From the IMG/VR virus record IMGVR_UViG_3300028829_003504, positions 186,001 through 250,000 of that record: a stretch of DNA of 64,000 bases; one strand, 5' to 3'. Both the position numbers and the translations under genes were made by a program. A model generated the notes under the pieces. The model was not told where the DNA came from. It made no database searches and worked only from the letters and a program-made list of their open reading frames with translations. This document shows positions 49,301 to 57,965 of this stretch, piece by piece; the first letter of the stretch is position 1, and each line of letters starts with the position of its first letter.

Positions 49301-50782
49301 GGCACAGACTCTATAAATGAGAATGACTCCAGTACGTATACTTTCCAAGTTACAATGAGTGACTCAACTACTAAAATGGTTACGGTTACTGATTTTGCTT
49401 CGGACGATGTATCTAAAGCTACGGTATTAAATAACACTACTGTTAATACAATGGACATTTCATCTGACACCACAGTATCCGTATCCGCTTCGTATGAAGA
49501 AGAAGGAACCACTGTTAGTGCTAGTAAGACAATTAACATTGTTGCTGATGTAGTACCTACCTCGATTGAAATTACAGGTCCTATTAGTGTGGATGAGGAG
49601 TCTATAACTTCTTATACGTTCCAAGTTACAATGAGTGACTCAACTACCAAAACGGTTACGGCCAGTACGGCAAGTGCCGACACAGGTGCCTTCTCAACGG
49701 CAGGTAGTTTTACTGCACCTACTGTTACCGGTCCTAGTAGTGTTGTCCTTTCCGCTTCTTACACGGAAGGCGATGTTACTGTAGATGACACACATGTAGT
49801 TAGTATAGGAAACACACTGAACCCATTAATCAGTATTTCGTTATCAGGTCTAGCTCAGTTGGATGAAGGAGGTAACACTACACCTCTGACTGTAACGGCA
49901 ACATTTGAAGACTCCACTACGTCTGTCGTAACAGGTTCTTCTGACTACGTGATTTTATCTGGAGGTACTTACGGATCTATATCAGATAACATTGTTACCT
50001 CAGGTAACGTGACAGAAAACTCGAACATGGTGTTAGAAGCAACTTATACTATAGGTGGGGTTACTAAGACGGCCGAACACACTATATCAATTAGAGCTGT
50101 AGCGCCTATTCCTGTTAGCGTTGAGATATCAGGGCCTTCTGAGGTAGATGAAGGTCAGACTGGTAGTTTAATTGCTGTGGTAACTTACGATGATAACTCT
50201 ACTGCGGCAGTAACTACTTCGGGTACCTGGTCATTTGCAGGTCCATCCGAAGGAGCTAGCGTGGATTCCAGCGGTATATTTTCTGCTCCTGCTGACGTAG
50301 GAAATGATACATCGGTTACTGTTAGTTTTACGTACACTGAGAACGGCACCACACTAGATGATAGTCACTCTATACTAGTTAAAGATATTCCAGTTAGTGG
50401 ACTTTCTGCTGCTTGGGGTTATGACGAGTCAGGTGCTGATATTTGGCCATACACGCAAGCGTTTATAGAAGCTCTACCTAATAAGTTAGCTTCGCCTGTT
50501 ATAGGTCAGACGTTGACGTTTGGTACTAGTGGACACACCTACTTGGCTATACCTGAATCGGAATTATCCCCAGGTAAAGCCTTGTGGTACTATTGGAACG
50601 GAGGAACAAATCCTAGTATTTTGGGTGGAGCTACGTGGCCTCTTGTTGGGTTCTTGGGCTCCAATAAACCTGCTATCATTAGCATTGCTGGCGAGAACTG
50701 GCATATCTATCGTTCTGACTTCGCGGGCGTACTTGGACCTGATACTTACGCCTTTTTTGAAGACAATATGCCATCATTCTAA
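46328..50782 (+). CDS. Ig-like repeat tail fibre/adhesin (about 11-12 repeats of ~90 aa)
   Basis: Repeats P.SL.I.G...I.EG....Y.F.VTYSDG; DNA-level repeats at ~270-bp spacing. Confidence 0.85.
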   Translation: MMADEQLKSFISNYLYLSDLRNVDKTNPLTFELEPDHRTFLMVSSYDEPTFSQLPYNVLWLVCDPEDPWYNTVYRRTNHTNADGRKSTWEEITTFDMLYVVDQYYQAISDADPFELGIEGEFSLGPASTLKAGLILIPEVQGGDPVVVTFDYPGFLGARTPKEHTHPDKPRTMVHIDGEYSIDENYPDSVGDTDTFVSFDYSQLPEEGSVFFLTGNNPDRTNEWFGEWRLPTEDDVTYFIPTLIAVDARLASGAVELGDNATGQVEADGVFDDNTRDINPSDIVWTIENNAEGITIDQSGVITIPDISSDTTITVNAKLEDKYHPGTFVNGLLVINVKDLFTPVVPQSLAIIGNETQPEQTTGSYVFRVTYSDGATSDITPDTASSSAPIATFGINGDLTAMDITNDTPTVLSASSAIEGIILSASLPVTILAEVIPVSLTITGLATVQEEGTYTYDFVVSYSDGTTQDISMVDGATSSDVTSGIFNTDGELTTLDIVNDTSIVLEASFAVDGILLDASLTVNIVADSIPSSIEIIGASSIDEGETESYTFQVTYSDSTTRMLDLEDLDSFISDSVDLVVAGSVASVGDINANGSAILTVSYTELGHTITDTHNVTLVADPVPQSLVILGASSIREGETESYTYQVTMTDGSTKMVTVSDLASDNADLTVVGDDATVGSILADGAAELSASYTEDGITVNATHPVGLIAASAPQSLAILGASSIDEGETESYTFQVTYSDGTTSLVTVSDFASDNVDLVITDSDATVGSILVNGSAGLTASYTEDGVTVSASLPVDLVAAPAPQSLEILGSSTSIESGVELYTFKLTYSDGTTSLVDVTDFASDNVDVSISGNNTATVGSITSDGSAILSASYTEDGVTVSDTHELTYVANAAPTSLKIIGADTIQEGDQETFTFEVTYSDGSTSLVSVADFSSDGAAGVVSDNSVVTGGDIDADTSVVLSASYEEDGVSVTDTHNLNIEALPVPTSMEILGTDSINENDSSTYTFQVTMSDSTTKMVTVTDFASDDVSKATVLNNTTVNTMDISSDTTVSVSASYEEEGTTVSASKTINIVADVVPTSIEITGPISVDEESITSYTFQVTMSDSTTKTVTASTASADTGAFSTAGSFTAPTVTGPSSVVLSASYTEGDVTVDDTHVVSIGNTLNPLISISLSGLAQLDEGGNTTPLTVTATFEDSTTSVVTGSSDYVILSGGTYGSISDNIVTSGNVTENSNMVLEATYTIGGVTKTAEHTISIRAVAPIPVSVEISGPSEVDEGQTGSLIAVVTYDDNSTAAVTTSGTWSFAGPSEGASVDSSGIFSAPADVGNDTSVTVSFTYTENGTTLDDSHSILVKDIPVSGLSAAWGYDESGADIWPYTQAFIEALPNKLASPVIGQTLTFGTSGHTYLAIPESELSPGKALWYYWNGGTNPSILGGATWPLVGFLGSNKPAIISIAGENWHIYRSDFAGVLGPDTYAFFEDNMPSF

Positions 50783-50792
50783 GGAGGTTGCT

Positions 50793-51554
50793 GTGCCTGT
50801 ATTTTTACAATCGTTCCTGTTGCCCTCGTTTCCTCAGCTCCCCTTCTTACTTGAAGATAAATATTTACGTGGTGGCTTTCAATCTCTGACTACGTTAGTC
50901 GAACGTGATGATATGCACATAGTTAAGAAGAAGCCCGGTATGTTAGTCTACGTAAAAGAGACTAGCGCCTACTACCAAATGTCTGATGACCTCTCAGAGT
51001 GGCTTGACGCTTCTCTGGGAGGGGGCATCGGAGAAGTTGTTGCTCCGATGCTAATTAACGAAGACGGCGCCCTTGCCATCGACATCAATCGTATTTTACC
51101 CTCTGGAGGTTCGCCAGGGCAACTGGCTCAGAAACAGCTTGATGGTTCTATACAATGGGTTGACGCTGCGACTAATGCCGGAGCCCGGGGGACTTCCGAG
51201 TTGGAGTGTCCCTTACAGTTATCAACGGGTGAGGTATATGACTTTGAGCTACCTTTAGCTAAAACGTTAATGTTACTTAAAGTCATACTGAATGCCCCTG
51301 ATATACAACTAACGGGATACACCACGTCCATGCGTGATGATAAGAACCCTTTCACCTTCATTAGTCACATAGACTTTATGCAGGATGAGGGTGTTCTTCT
51401 AGTCGATGCAAGCACTAAAGAGTACAAGCGTAGATTCTCGTTTATGGCTAACTTAGAAACACCTGTTAGTGATAAGCTTTATTTTACGTTTAAGAACTTG
51501 GGCGTGGCTCCTGTCACTCCCAAAGTAATTATAGACTATCTGGCCATGCAATAG
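50793..51554 (+). CDS. Tail-associated structural protein
   Basis: GTG start after AAGGAGG; LRGG......ERD....K.GMLVYV.E....Y motif seen in fibre proteins. Confidence 0.6.
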   Translation: MPVFLQSFLLPSFPQLPFLLEDKYLRGGFQSLTTLVERDDMHIVKKKPGMLVYVKETSAYYQMSDDLSEWLDASLGGGIGEVVAPMLINEDGALAIDINRILPSGGSPGQLAQKQLDGSIQWVDAATNAGARGTSELECPLQLSTGEVYDFELPLAKTLMLLKVILNAPDIQLTGYTTSMRDDKNPFTFISHIDFMQDEGVLLVDASTKEYKRRFSFMANLETPVSDKLYFTFKNLGVAPVTPKVIIDYLAMQ

Positions 51555-51571
51555 GTCGAGGAGAACCCATA

Positions 51572-52633
51572 ATGGGTATTAGTATTGAACGTAATAACTT
51601 TGTAAGCTTACAGCTTATGTGGAAATCCATAGTAGACGCTATGGTATCAGGAGGCTTCGAAGTGGAACTAGCAGCCGATGCAACAGGAGGTGTACTTAAT
51701 ATAAGTAGTGCAGGGACGTCCTACTCCGATAGTACTGTGTTGTACGTCCTTAAACCTACTACTGATGTTGATGCTCTTGCTGATACCCAACCTTGGCGTA
51801 TAGTGATTCGCATCGAGAATATATCTGACGAGGTGGCTAACTCTTATTCAGTTAACGTAGTAACGCCAACTCAGATAATGTATGTACCGGGGTCGTCATT
51901 TGCTATAGCAGCACCTGATGAAGACAAGGAGCAAGGCTTACTTAACGTGGACGGGGATTCTACGGATTATAATCGTAGTTTCTTCCACAGAGAGCCTGGT
52001 TCTTCTACTTGGAGTTGTTTTCCCTCAGAAACAAATGTAGAAGCAGTACCTCTATCGTATCGTATATCCGTATCCGATCATGGTATTGTATTGTTTACTT
52101 GGGCGGAAGCGCAAGATAGAGCAGGCGATTGTTTTAACTGGTTCTGTATACAGAGAGCCGTAGATTCAGATGGTGTAGTTCTTGTAGACGGCCATGCCCC
52201 TTTATGGTGCGTGTTCTCTCAGGATGGGGGAGGCGGCTCTAACCTTGATACAGTTGACGCTGAGGGTATACGTAAGTTTGTAGTACGTGAAGACGATGTA
52301 AACGCACCTACAGAATCGGTTAGCGCTGTTGTACCTACAGCCGATTCCAGCCCTATAATAAATCCTATCCAGCAGGTCGCTATTAGCGAGAGTAATAAGT
52401 ATATGTTGAACTTTCCACAAGGAATAAATACTCAACGTTACGCATACCCGCACCAACTGGATATGATATGCTATACGTCCGCAGATGTAATATCGCAGTA
52501 CAGTGAGCCTTCGCTCCTTATCTACGGTGAAACACAGCCGCGGACGTATAAGGCTATGAATGCCAACTTCAAGGATAACAAAGGCATGCGAATGCTTATG
52601 TTGATCGTGGGTTCAGGTATTTCTGCCACTTAG
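51572..52633 (+). CDS. Virion structural protein, paralog A
   Basis: Shares QPWR, WFCIQR, NTQRY.YPH.LD, YKAMNAN with the next gene. Confidence 0.65.
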   Translation: MGISIERNNFVSLQLMWKSIVDAMVSGGFEVELAADATGGVLNISSAGTSYSDSTVLYVLKPTTDVDALADTQPWRIVIRIENISDEVANSYSVNVVTPTQIMYVPGSSFAIAAPDEDKEQGLLNVDGDSTDYNRSFFHREPGSSTWSCFPSETNVEAVPLSYRISVSDHGIVLFTWAEAQDRAGDCFNWFCIQRAVDSDGVVLVDGHAPLWCVFSQDGGGGSNLDTVDAEGIRKFVVREDDVNAPTESVSAVVPTADSSPIINPIQQVAISESNKYMLNFPQGINTQRYAYPHQLDMICYTSADVISQYSEPSLLIYGETQPRTYKAMNANFKDNKGMRMLMLIVGSGISAT

Positions 52634-52723
52634 TATTTGCATGCCTCAAACATGTAATTTTTAGTATGATATCTTGAAGTGGGATATCTAAATTTAATTC
52701 TAAATAAATTAGGAGTACCCGTA

Positions 52724-53884
52724 ATGGCTACTATTGAAAAACGTAATCTGGTAGGAATGGAAGCAGTTGTCCAATCACTAGTGACAGACTTGGCCGCTAA
52801 TGGCTTTGAGATAATGAACGTGAACGACAATGATAGCAATTTAACTATTGACGGTGAGTCGAAGCGAATTTTAATGCGACCTACAACGGCAGTAGATCCT
52901 CTTGCTATTGAAGAGTCTGATTCGGGGAATGCGTCTTATGACTCTAGACAACCTTGGCGTTTAATGTTTGAAGTAGATAACGATGAAGGTGGCTTTCGTA
53001 TTTGGGCTAATACACCTACAAACGTTATGGTTGATAGTGCTACTAAAGAAGTAACTATGTCTAAGAGCGTAAGCGTAGGTGATACAGACTTCGCTACATC
53101 AGGTTTACTTACATATAAATCGTTAGACAAATCCGCGCAGAACACCAGAAAGGTTTTAGCGCCTGAAGGTGATTTAGCCTCAGCAGCTCAGAGTAAGTGC
53201 TACACAATGAACGTTGCTTATTGGGGAATCGATCTAACTAAAATAGATTACGAATCATTTCCTATGTCGTACCGTCTAACTGTTACGCCTCGAGGTATAA
53301 TGGTAATGGTATGGGTAGAATCACGCGATAATCATGGTGCATCTTACGGTTGGTTCTGTATTCAACGTATGGTTGACGTTACAGGCGGAGCGGTATTGGA
53401 CGGTAAAGCTCCTCTATTTTGTGTATTCTCTGAGAATGGTGGTGGTGGTGCTAGAGCTGATGGTACAGGAACTATAGCGTTAGACGGTACTACCTATGAC
53501 GCGTTAAACGCTCCTGAGCCTGATGGTATTAACCAGTTTGTTATACGTGAAGGCGATATAAATGCACCAGATATTCCGCACAGTGCGGTAATTGACACAG
53601 CAGATGCAACCCGTATTATTAACAGTACTCAGCAAGTAAGTACGTCGGAAGATAACCAGTTTATCCTTAATTTCGCAAAAGGTTTAAATACTCAACGTTA
53701 CTCTTACCCTCATGAGCTTGACCTATTCGCTTATACTTCTGCGGATGTTATTTCTCAATGGTCAGAAACTGAGGTAACCGTATACGGCGAATCTACACCA
53801 CGTAAGTACAAAGCAATGAATGCCAACCACATTAACAACAAAGGTATGCGTATCTTAATGTTAGTAGAAGGCGGCGGCGTTTAA
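52724..53884 (+). CDS. Virion structural protein, paralog B
   Basis: ATG 52724 after AGGAG; paralog of 51572. Confidence 0.65.
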   Translation: MATIEKRNLVGMEAVVQSLVTDLAANGFEIMNVNDNDSNLTIDGESKRILMRPTTAVDPLAIEESDSGNASYDSRQPWRLMFEVDNDEGGFRIWANTPTNVMVDSATKEVTMSKSVSVGDTDFATSGLLTYKSLDKSAQNTRKVLAPEGDLASAAQSKCYTMNVAYWGIDLTKIDYESFPMSYRLTVTPRGIMVMVWVESRDNHGASYGWFCIQRMVDVTGGAVLDGKAPLFCVFSENGGGGARADGTGTIALDGTTYDALNAPEPDGINQFVIREGDINAPDIPHSAVIDTADATRIINSTQQVSTSEDNQFILNFAKGLNTQRYSYPHELDLFAYTSADVISQWSETEVTVYGESTPRKYKAMNANHINNKGMRILMLVEGGGV

Positions 53885-53905
53885 TTAGGTAGTACTTTGA
53901 ATAGG

Positions 53906-53942
53906 GGGTGTGTCTTTTAGTGAGGCACGCCCATTTCTTGTT
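53906..53942 (+). terminator. Putative terminator
   Basis: GGGTGTGTCTT...GAGGCACGCCC followed by T-rich tract. Confidence 0.55.
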
Positions 53943-53959
53943 TCCATAGGAATTTAGCT

Positions 53960-56900
53960 ATGCTATACGAATTAGGTTATAGGTCAGGTGTGTCTCTCGG
54001 AGAAGAGGTAATTGGTCTTGAGTTCAAGGTAACTACTCAGTCACTTTCATCAGAAACTATGAGCGTAGACCTTGGTGGCCTGTCTGTCAATGGATCCAGA
54101 AAAGGGCCTAGCGCAGAAGTATATGCAGGTGATACGGTAAGCGTATACGTAAGCGCTTCTACTACTAAAGGGACCCCAGTCTTCGTTAACGTACTGCAAG
54201 ACGGAATATTAGCAGGGACTTTTGTTGTAATATCCGAAGCAGTTTCAGGGTCTATCTTCGATGAAGAATATTTAGATCTAGAGCCTTATGAAGTTTTACC
54301 TGATAGTAACTGGACGGCATCACCTTTAAGGGGGATTTCTGTCTACGATAAAGTAGACTTAACCTTAAAGACTACGGTACCTCTCTCAGACTCACCTATA
54401 TTAGATTTACCTGAATATAGAACACATATCCATGACTACCATAGAGATATGACGTATGTCTTGGACAGTACTGCCTATTTTAGGGATGAACCAATATTTA
54501 AGGGTATTATACCTACTGATTTATTAGGCCCAGTATCAGACTTTACCTTATTTGACACGGCTGGTGTACGCTATGGATTCGCAGTAGCCTACCGTAAAAG
54601 TAATAAGATAGTCATATTTGATGAATCTTATAATGTGAAATTGGAAATTGAATCTCAGGATCCTTTGAAAGTTTCAGGTACCGATGGTACTATTTTCATT
54701 TTAGAGAAAGGCGCTACCAGTTTAAGAAAGATTGAATTCGATGATGTTTTTGCCTATACAGAAACACCATTGGAGTACGGAATTGTCATTAAAGATTTCG
54801 TAGTGAACACCGAGACTATTAGTGCGGCCATTGTATCAGGTACTACAGTTGTCGATTTCGACGGTACTGTTTACTCAGGTATGTCACGTAACGCCTTCAA
54901 AGTTTACTATGAGCCTGTGTCGGACGTAATACTAGTTAACCATGGTCTTGAAGGTGGTCAGACTTATTTCAGAGGTGAGACAGGTCTTAGGACTAGAACT
55001 CTGAAAGAGACTAATATTAAATACCATACTTATACTGAGATTCGACGCGATGGAGGTACGGAGGTTATATACGTAGATGACGTAGGTCATAATCTGTATA
55101 CCCAGGACATAGTCGACCCCCCAGGATTGGTTAAACAGGCCGCTACTACGGAAGGACCTTCCTACGGTATAGCGATACTAGGCAATTTAGTATTCATACC
55201 TAACCTTTACGCAGACATTGATTTAAAGATTCTTGATTATGATACCGAGCCTGACTTATACAATTTAGGTGAAAGCCAGTTAGGTTATGTAGGTACTGTA
55301 GTAGACTCCATCCCTGTCACGTTAGAGGGCATTAATGTAGATACCCAAGTATTTTTACCTGAAATAACCACGCAAGAGACTGAACTACTTGTAAACGGAG
55401 TCCCCTCAGGTAAGAGCGCCACAGTTGTGGCAGGTGATACGCTGGCTATACGTACAACATCTATACGAGAAACAGGTCAGGATGATTTAATTCCTGTTGT
55501 GATAGGTCAAACGATATATAGCTACACACTACTACCTAACACACCTAACATACTGCCCAGATATACAGTGTTCTTACCTAAGGTAGTAGCAGCAAATACT
55601 GAGATTTGTTTGGATTCAAATACAGTATTCGGACTAGGTTTAGGTGTAACCCAGACGGTAACTACGGATAATGGTTTACTCATGGTGAACGGAGATGCGG
55701 ACTCTAAGGCCGCATCTGTGGATATCGAAGACGGAGATAGTCTGTCCTTATGTTTGACCTCAGGGCCGGATGCTTATGATGTAGTATCAGCCAACATTAC
55801 ATACGCGGATATATTCACGTCCCCTGTCTATATAACTACAGTTGATACTACAGTAGAGCCAAATCCTGTAGTAGCTGACTTGGACTTCCAAGACCCTGAC
55901 TCTTTAGATATAATGAATAGAGTCCTCAATGTTAAATTAGGGCAATCTGTTATAAGCTCACCTGCTATAGTGGAGCTTACTGACTTTGATGCAGAAGTCG
56001 ATGTAAAGATACCTGACATATATGATTCGTTCTTGGTAATTAACGGTATTCAGTTACCTGGCCATACAGCAAAAGTTAAACATGGTGATACTATATCCAT
56101 AGGATTAACCTCTACGTTTAACTACCTGACTGACCATTCCATTCCAATGGTTCTAGGTAATAGTACATTTTATTTTATCGCCCAGACAATACCAGATTAC
56201 GTACCTAATGGTTTTTACTTTGGTTTCAAGGAAAACCTGCACATAGCAGATAGAGTTTTATCTGATATAGTTACGGTAAGTGGTTTAATGGAGGGTACTT
56301 ATGTCCCTCTTGTAATACCTTACGGAACTGTACCTATTATAGACGGCGTTAGACTTGATATAGCTAACCACCTTCTAGACTATAGAGGTGTCCTTACAGA
56401 CGATTTCCATCATATAATTTCTAATGGATCTACCTTACAGCTTGAAGGATTCGCTAGACCTACTTACGGTGACCGTAATGTACTGGAAGTAACTATCGGC
56501 TATAGGACAGGCCTATGGGAATTATCTACTTTTGAAGTCGAAGAGTATGAAAGTAATATTCTGCCTGATGTAGTCTCAATAGACCGTCCTGATTATGCTA
56601 CTACTTTCATGAGAAAGCCTGTTTTAGTAGAAAGAACTCTAAATACGTCTATTGTAAGTGTTAGTACACGACCAGTTTTGACACCCCTAAGAGTGGCGTC
56701 TATACCCTCCAAGGGCGCCACTATTAAAGCCTCAAAAGCTATCTCAGTCGTCAACCCATCAGTAAGTACGTATGCTGATACTTCACCTATATCAGCCTTA
56801 GTAGGCTCAAGTTCCGTACTAGTAGACAGACAGGGATCTATACTAGGATCTCTTTCATCGAGCAAGGCATTATCTTCAATTGCTTACGGCAAGAATAAGT

Positions 56901-57928
56901 CAACTTCTCTAGTTTCAAATAACTTGAGAAGAGAGACTCATGGCAGTAACGATGTGATGTCTCTTTTTAGAGGCGCACATAGGGAGCTAGTGAATGGGTA
57001 CGAGGCATTTAAGTCAGAAGGGTCCGCGCCTAAGATAGGAACTAGGCACGACGGTGTGACTGTGTTTATCCATAACCCTGTAAGCTTTAGTGCGTCTGAT
57101 ATACGTGACCTACAGGCAGTTATATTTCCGGATAGTCCTGCGGCATTAATGCCGGCCATACCTTGGGCTAAAGACGAGCTTAGACAGCCTGTACTTGTCA
57201 GCTATAACTCGGATTCAACTATATATCCTAGAGCGGAAACTATTAAGTTTGAACGTTCTTTTGTTGTATATCAGGAGACACCTAATAACATTAAGGCTTA
57301 CAGACCTGAAGCCATAGCCTACGATAACAGCGGATATAAGCGTGCAGCTAGGCAGGATACTATAGTAAACGTACATCCTGAAATCAAGTGGGCTACTCCA
57401 TATAAATTTAATGCACCTGTTCCTCCTGCACTGGCAGAAAGAATTTTTAAAGTAATAGCCCCTAAAAAACCTGTCGCAGGACCTAGGTTATTTAAAGTAT
57501 TAAAAAATAGTACAGTAGTAGTTGGAGCTAGACCTTCGATCCAATCTTACAACGTACATCCTGTAGTAGTAACCAGGTCTCCTATAGTAGTACCTATACC
57601 AGTACCTGTTAAATGGACTAGGCCTGATACCATTGTGCCTGATTACTCAAGACTTACAATATCGCGCCCTGACACAGTAGTCATTACTAACCCTACGGTT
57701 TATATGTCTTCTAAGTCAGAGGTCTTCTTTGATAAATTTACTGACAGCTATTTGGACGGAACATTTGAGACTGCCGAAATTGCAGAACAGGCAGCGGAAG
57801 CGAAAGGCCTTGTCGATAACGACTATTCAATAGTTCCGTATGGCGGTAGATTTATTTGGATTAGAGTTTTGCCCTGTGAAAATATGTGTTATGATTGTCC
57901 TCCAGCAGGATATATACAAGGCGGTTAA
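53960..57928 (+). CDS. Large tail/baseplate or fibre protein
   Basis: 1322 aa, beta-rich, repeated L.VNG....V..GDT modules, Pro-rich C-terminal stalk. Confidence 0.6.
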   Translation: MLYELGYRSGVSLGEEVIGLEFKVTTQSLSSETMSVDLGGLSVNGSRKGPSAEVYAGDTVSVYVSASTTKGTPVFVNVLQDGILAGTFVVISEAVSGSIFDEEYLDLEPYEVLPDSNWTASPLRGISVYDKVDLTLKTTVPLSDSPILDLPEYRTHIHDYHRDMTYVLDSTAYFRDEPIFKGIIPTDLLGPVSDFTLFDTAGVRYGFAVAYRKSNKIVIFDESYNVKLEIESQDPLKVSGTDGTIFILEKGATSLRKIEFDDVFAYTETPLEYGIVIKDFVVNTETISAAIVSGTTVVDFDGTVYSGMSRNAFKVYYEPVSDVILVNHGLEGGQTYFRGETGLRTRTLKETNIKYHTYTEIRRDGGTEVIYVDDVGHNLYTQDIVDPPGLVKQAATTEGPSYGIAILGNLVFIPNLYADIDLKILDYDTEPDLYNLGESQLGYVGTVVDSIPVTLEGINVDTQVFLPEITTQETELLVNGVPSGKSATVVAGDTLAIRTTSIRETGQDDLIPVVIGQTIYSYTLLPNTPNILPRYTVFLPKVVAANTEICLDSNTVFGLGLGVTQTVTTDNGLLMVNGDADSKAASVDIEDGDSLSLCLTSGPDAYDVVSANITYADIFTSPVYITTVDTTVEPNPVVADLDFQDPDSLDIMNRVLNVKLGQSVISSPAIVELTDFDAEVDVKIPDIYDSFLVINGIQLPGHTAKVKHGDTISIGLTSTFNYLTDHSIPMVLGNSTFYFIAQTIPDYVPNGFYFGFKENLHIADRVLSDIVTVSGLMEGTYVPLVIPYGTVPIIDGVRLDIANHLLDYRGVLTDDFHHIISNGSTLQLEGFARPTYGDRNVLEVTIGYRTGLWELSTFEVEEYESNILPDVVSIDRPDYATTFMRKPVLVERTLNTSIVSVSTRPVLTPLRVASIPSKGATIKASKAISVVNPSVSTYADTSPISALVGSSSVLVDRQGSILGSLSSSKALSSIAYGKNKSTSLVSNNLRRETHGSNDVMSLFRGAHRELVNGYEAFKSEGSAPKIGTRHDGVTVFIHNPVSFSASDIRDLQAVIFPDSPAALMPAIPWAKDELRQPVLVSYNSDSTIYPRAETIKFERSFVVYQETPNNIKAYRPEAIAYDNSGYKRAARQDTIVNVHPEIKWATPYKFNAPVPPALAERIFKVIAPKKPVAGPRLFKVLKNSTVVVGARPSIQSYNVHPVVVTRSPIVVPIPVPVKWTRPDTIVPDYSRLTISRPDTVVITNPTVYMSSKSEVFFDKFTDSYLDGTFETAEIAEQAAEAKGLVDNDYSIVPYGGRFIWIRVLPCENMCYDCPPAGYIQGG

Positions 57929-57965
57929 TCTAATTTATAGTTATATATAAAAAAGGAATATTTCT

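Noticed and set aside
50520-50792. N-terminal extension of ORF 50520 (likewise 5004, 5479, 15662, 52679)
   Set aside because: These extensions overlap upstream genes or lack an RBS; better RBS-supported starts lie downstream.
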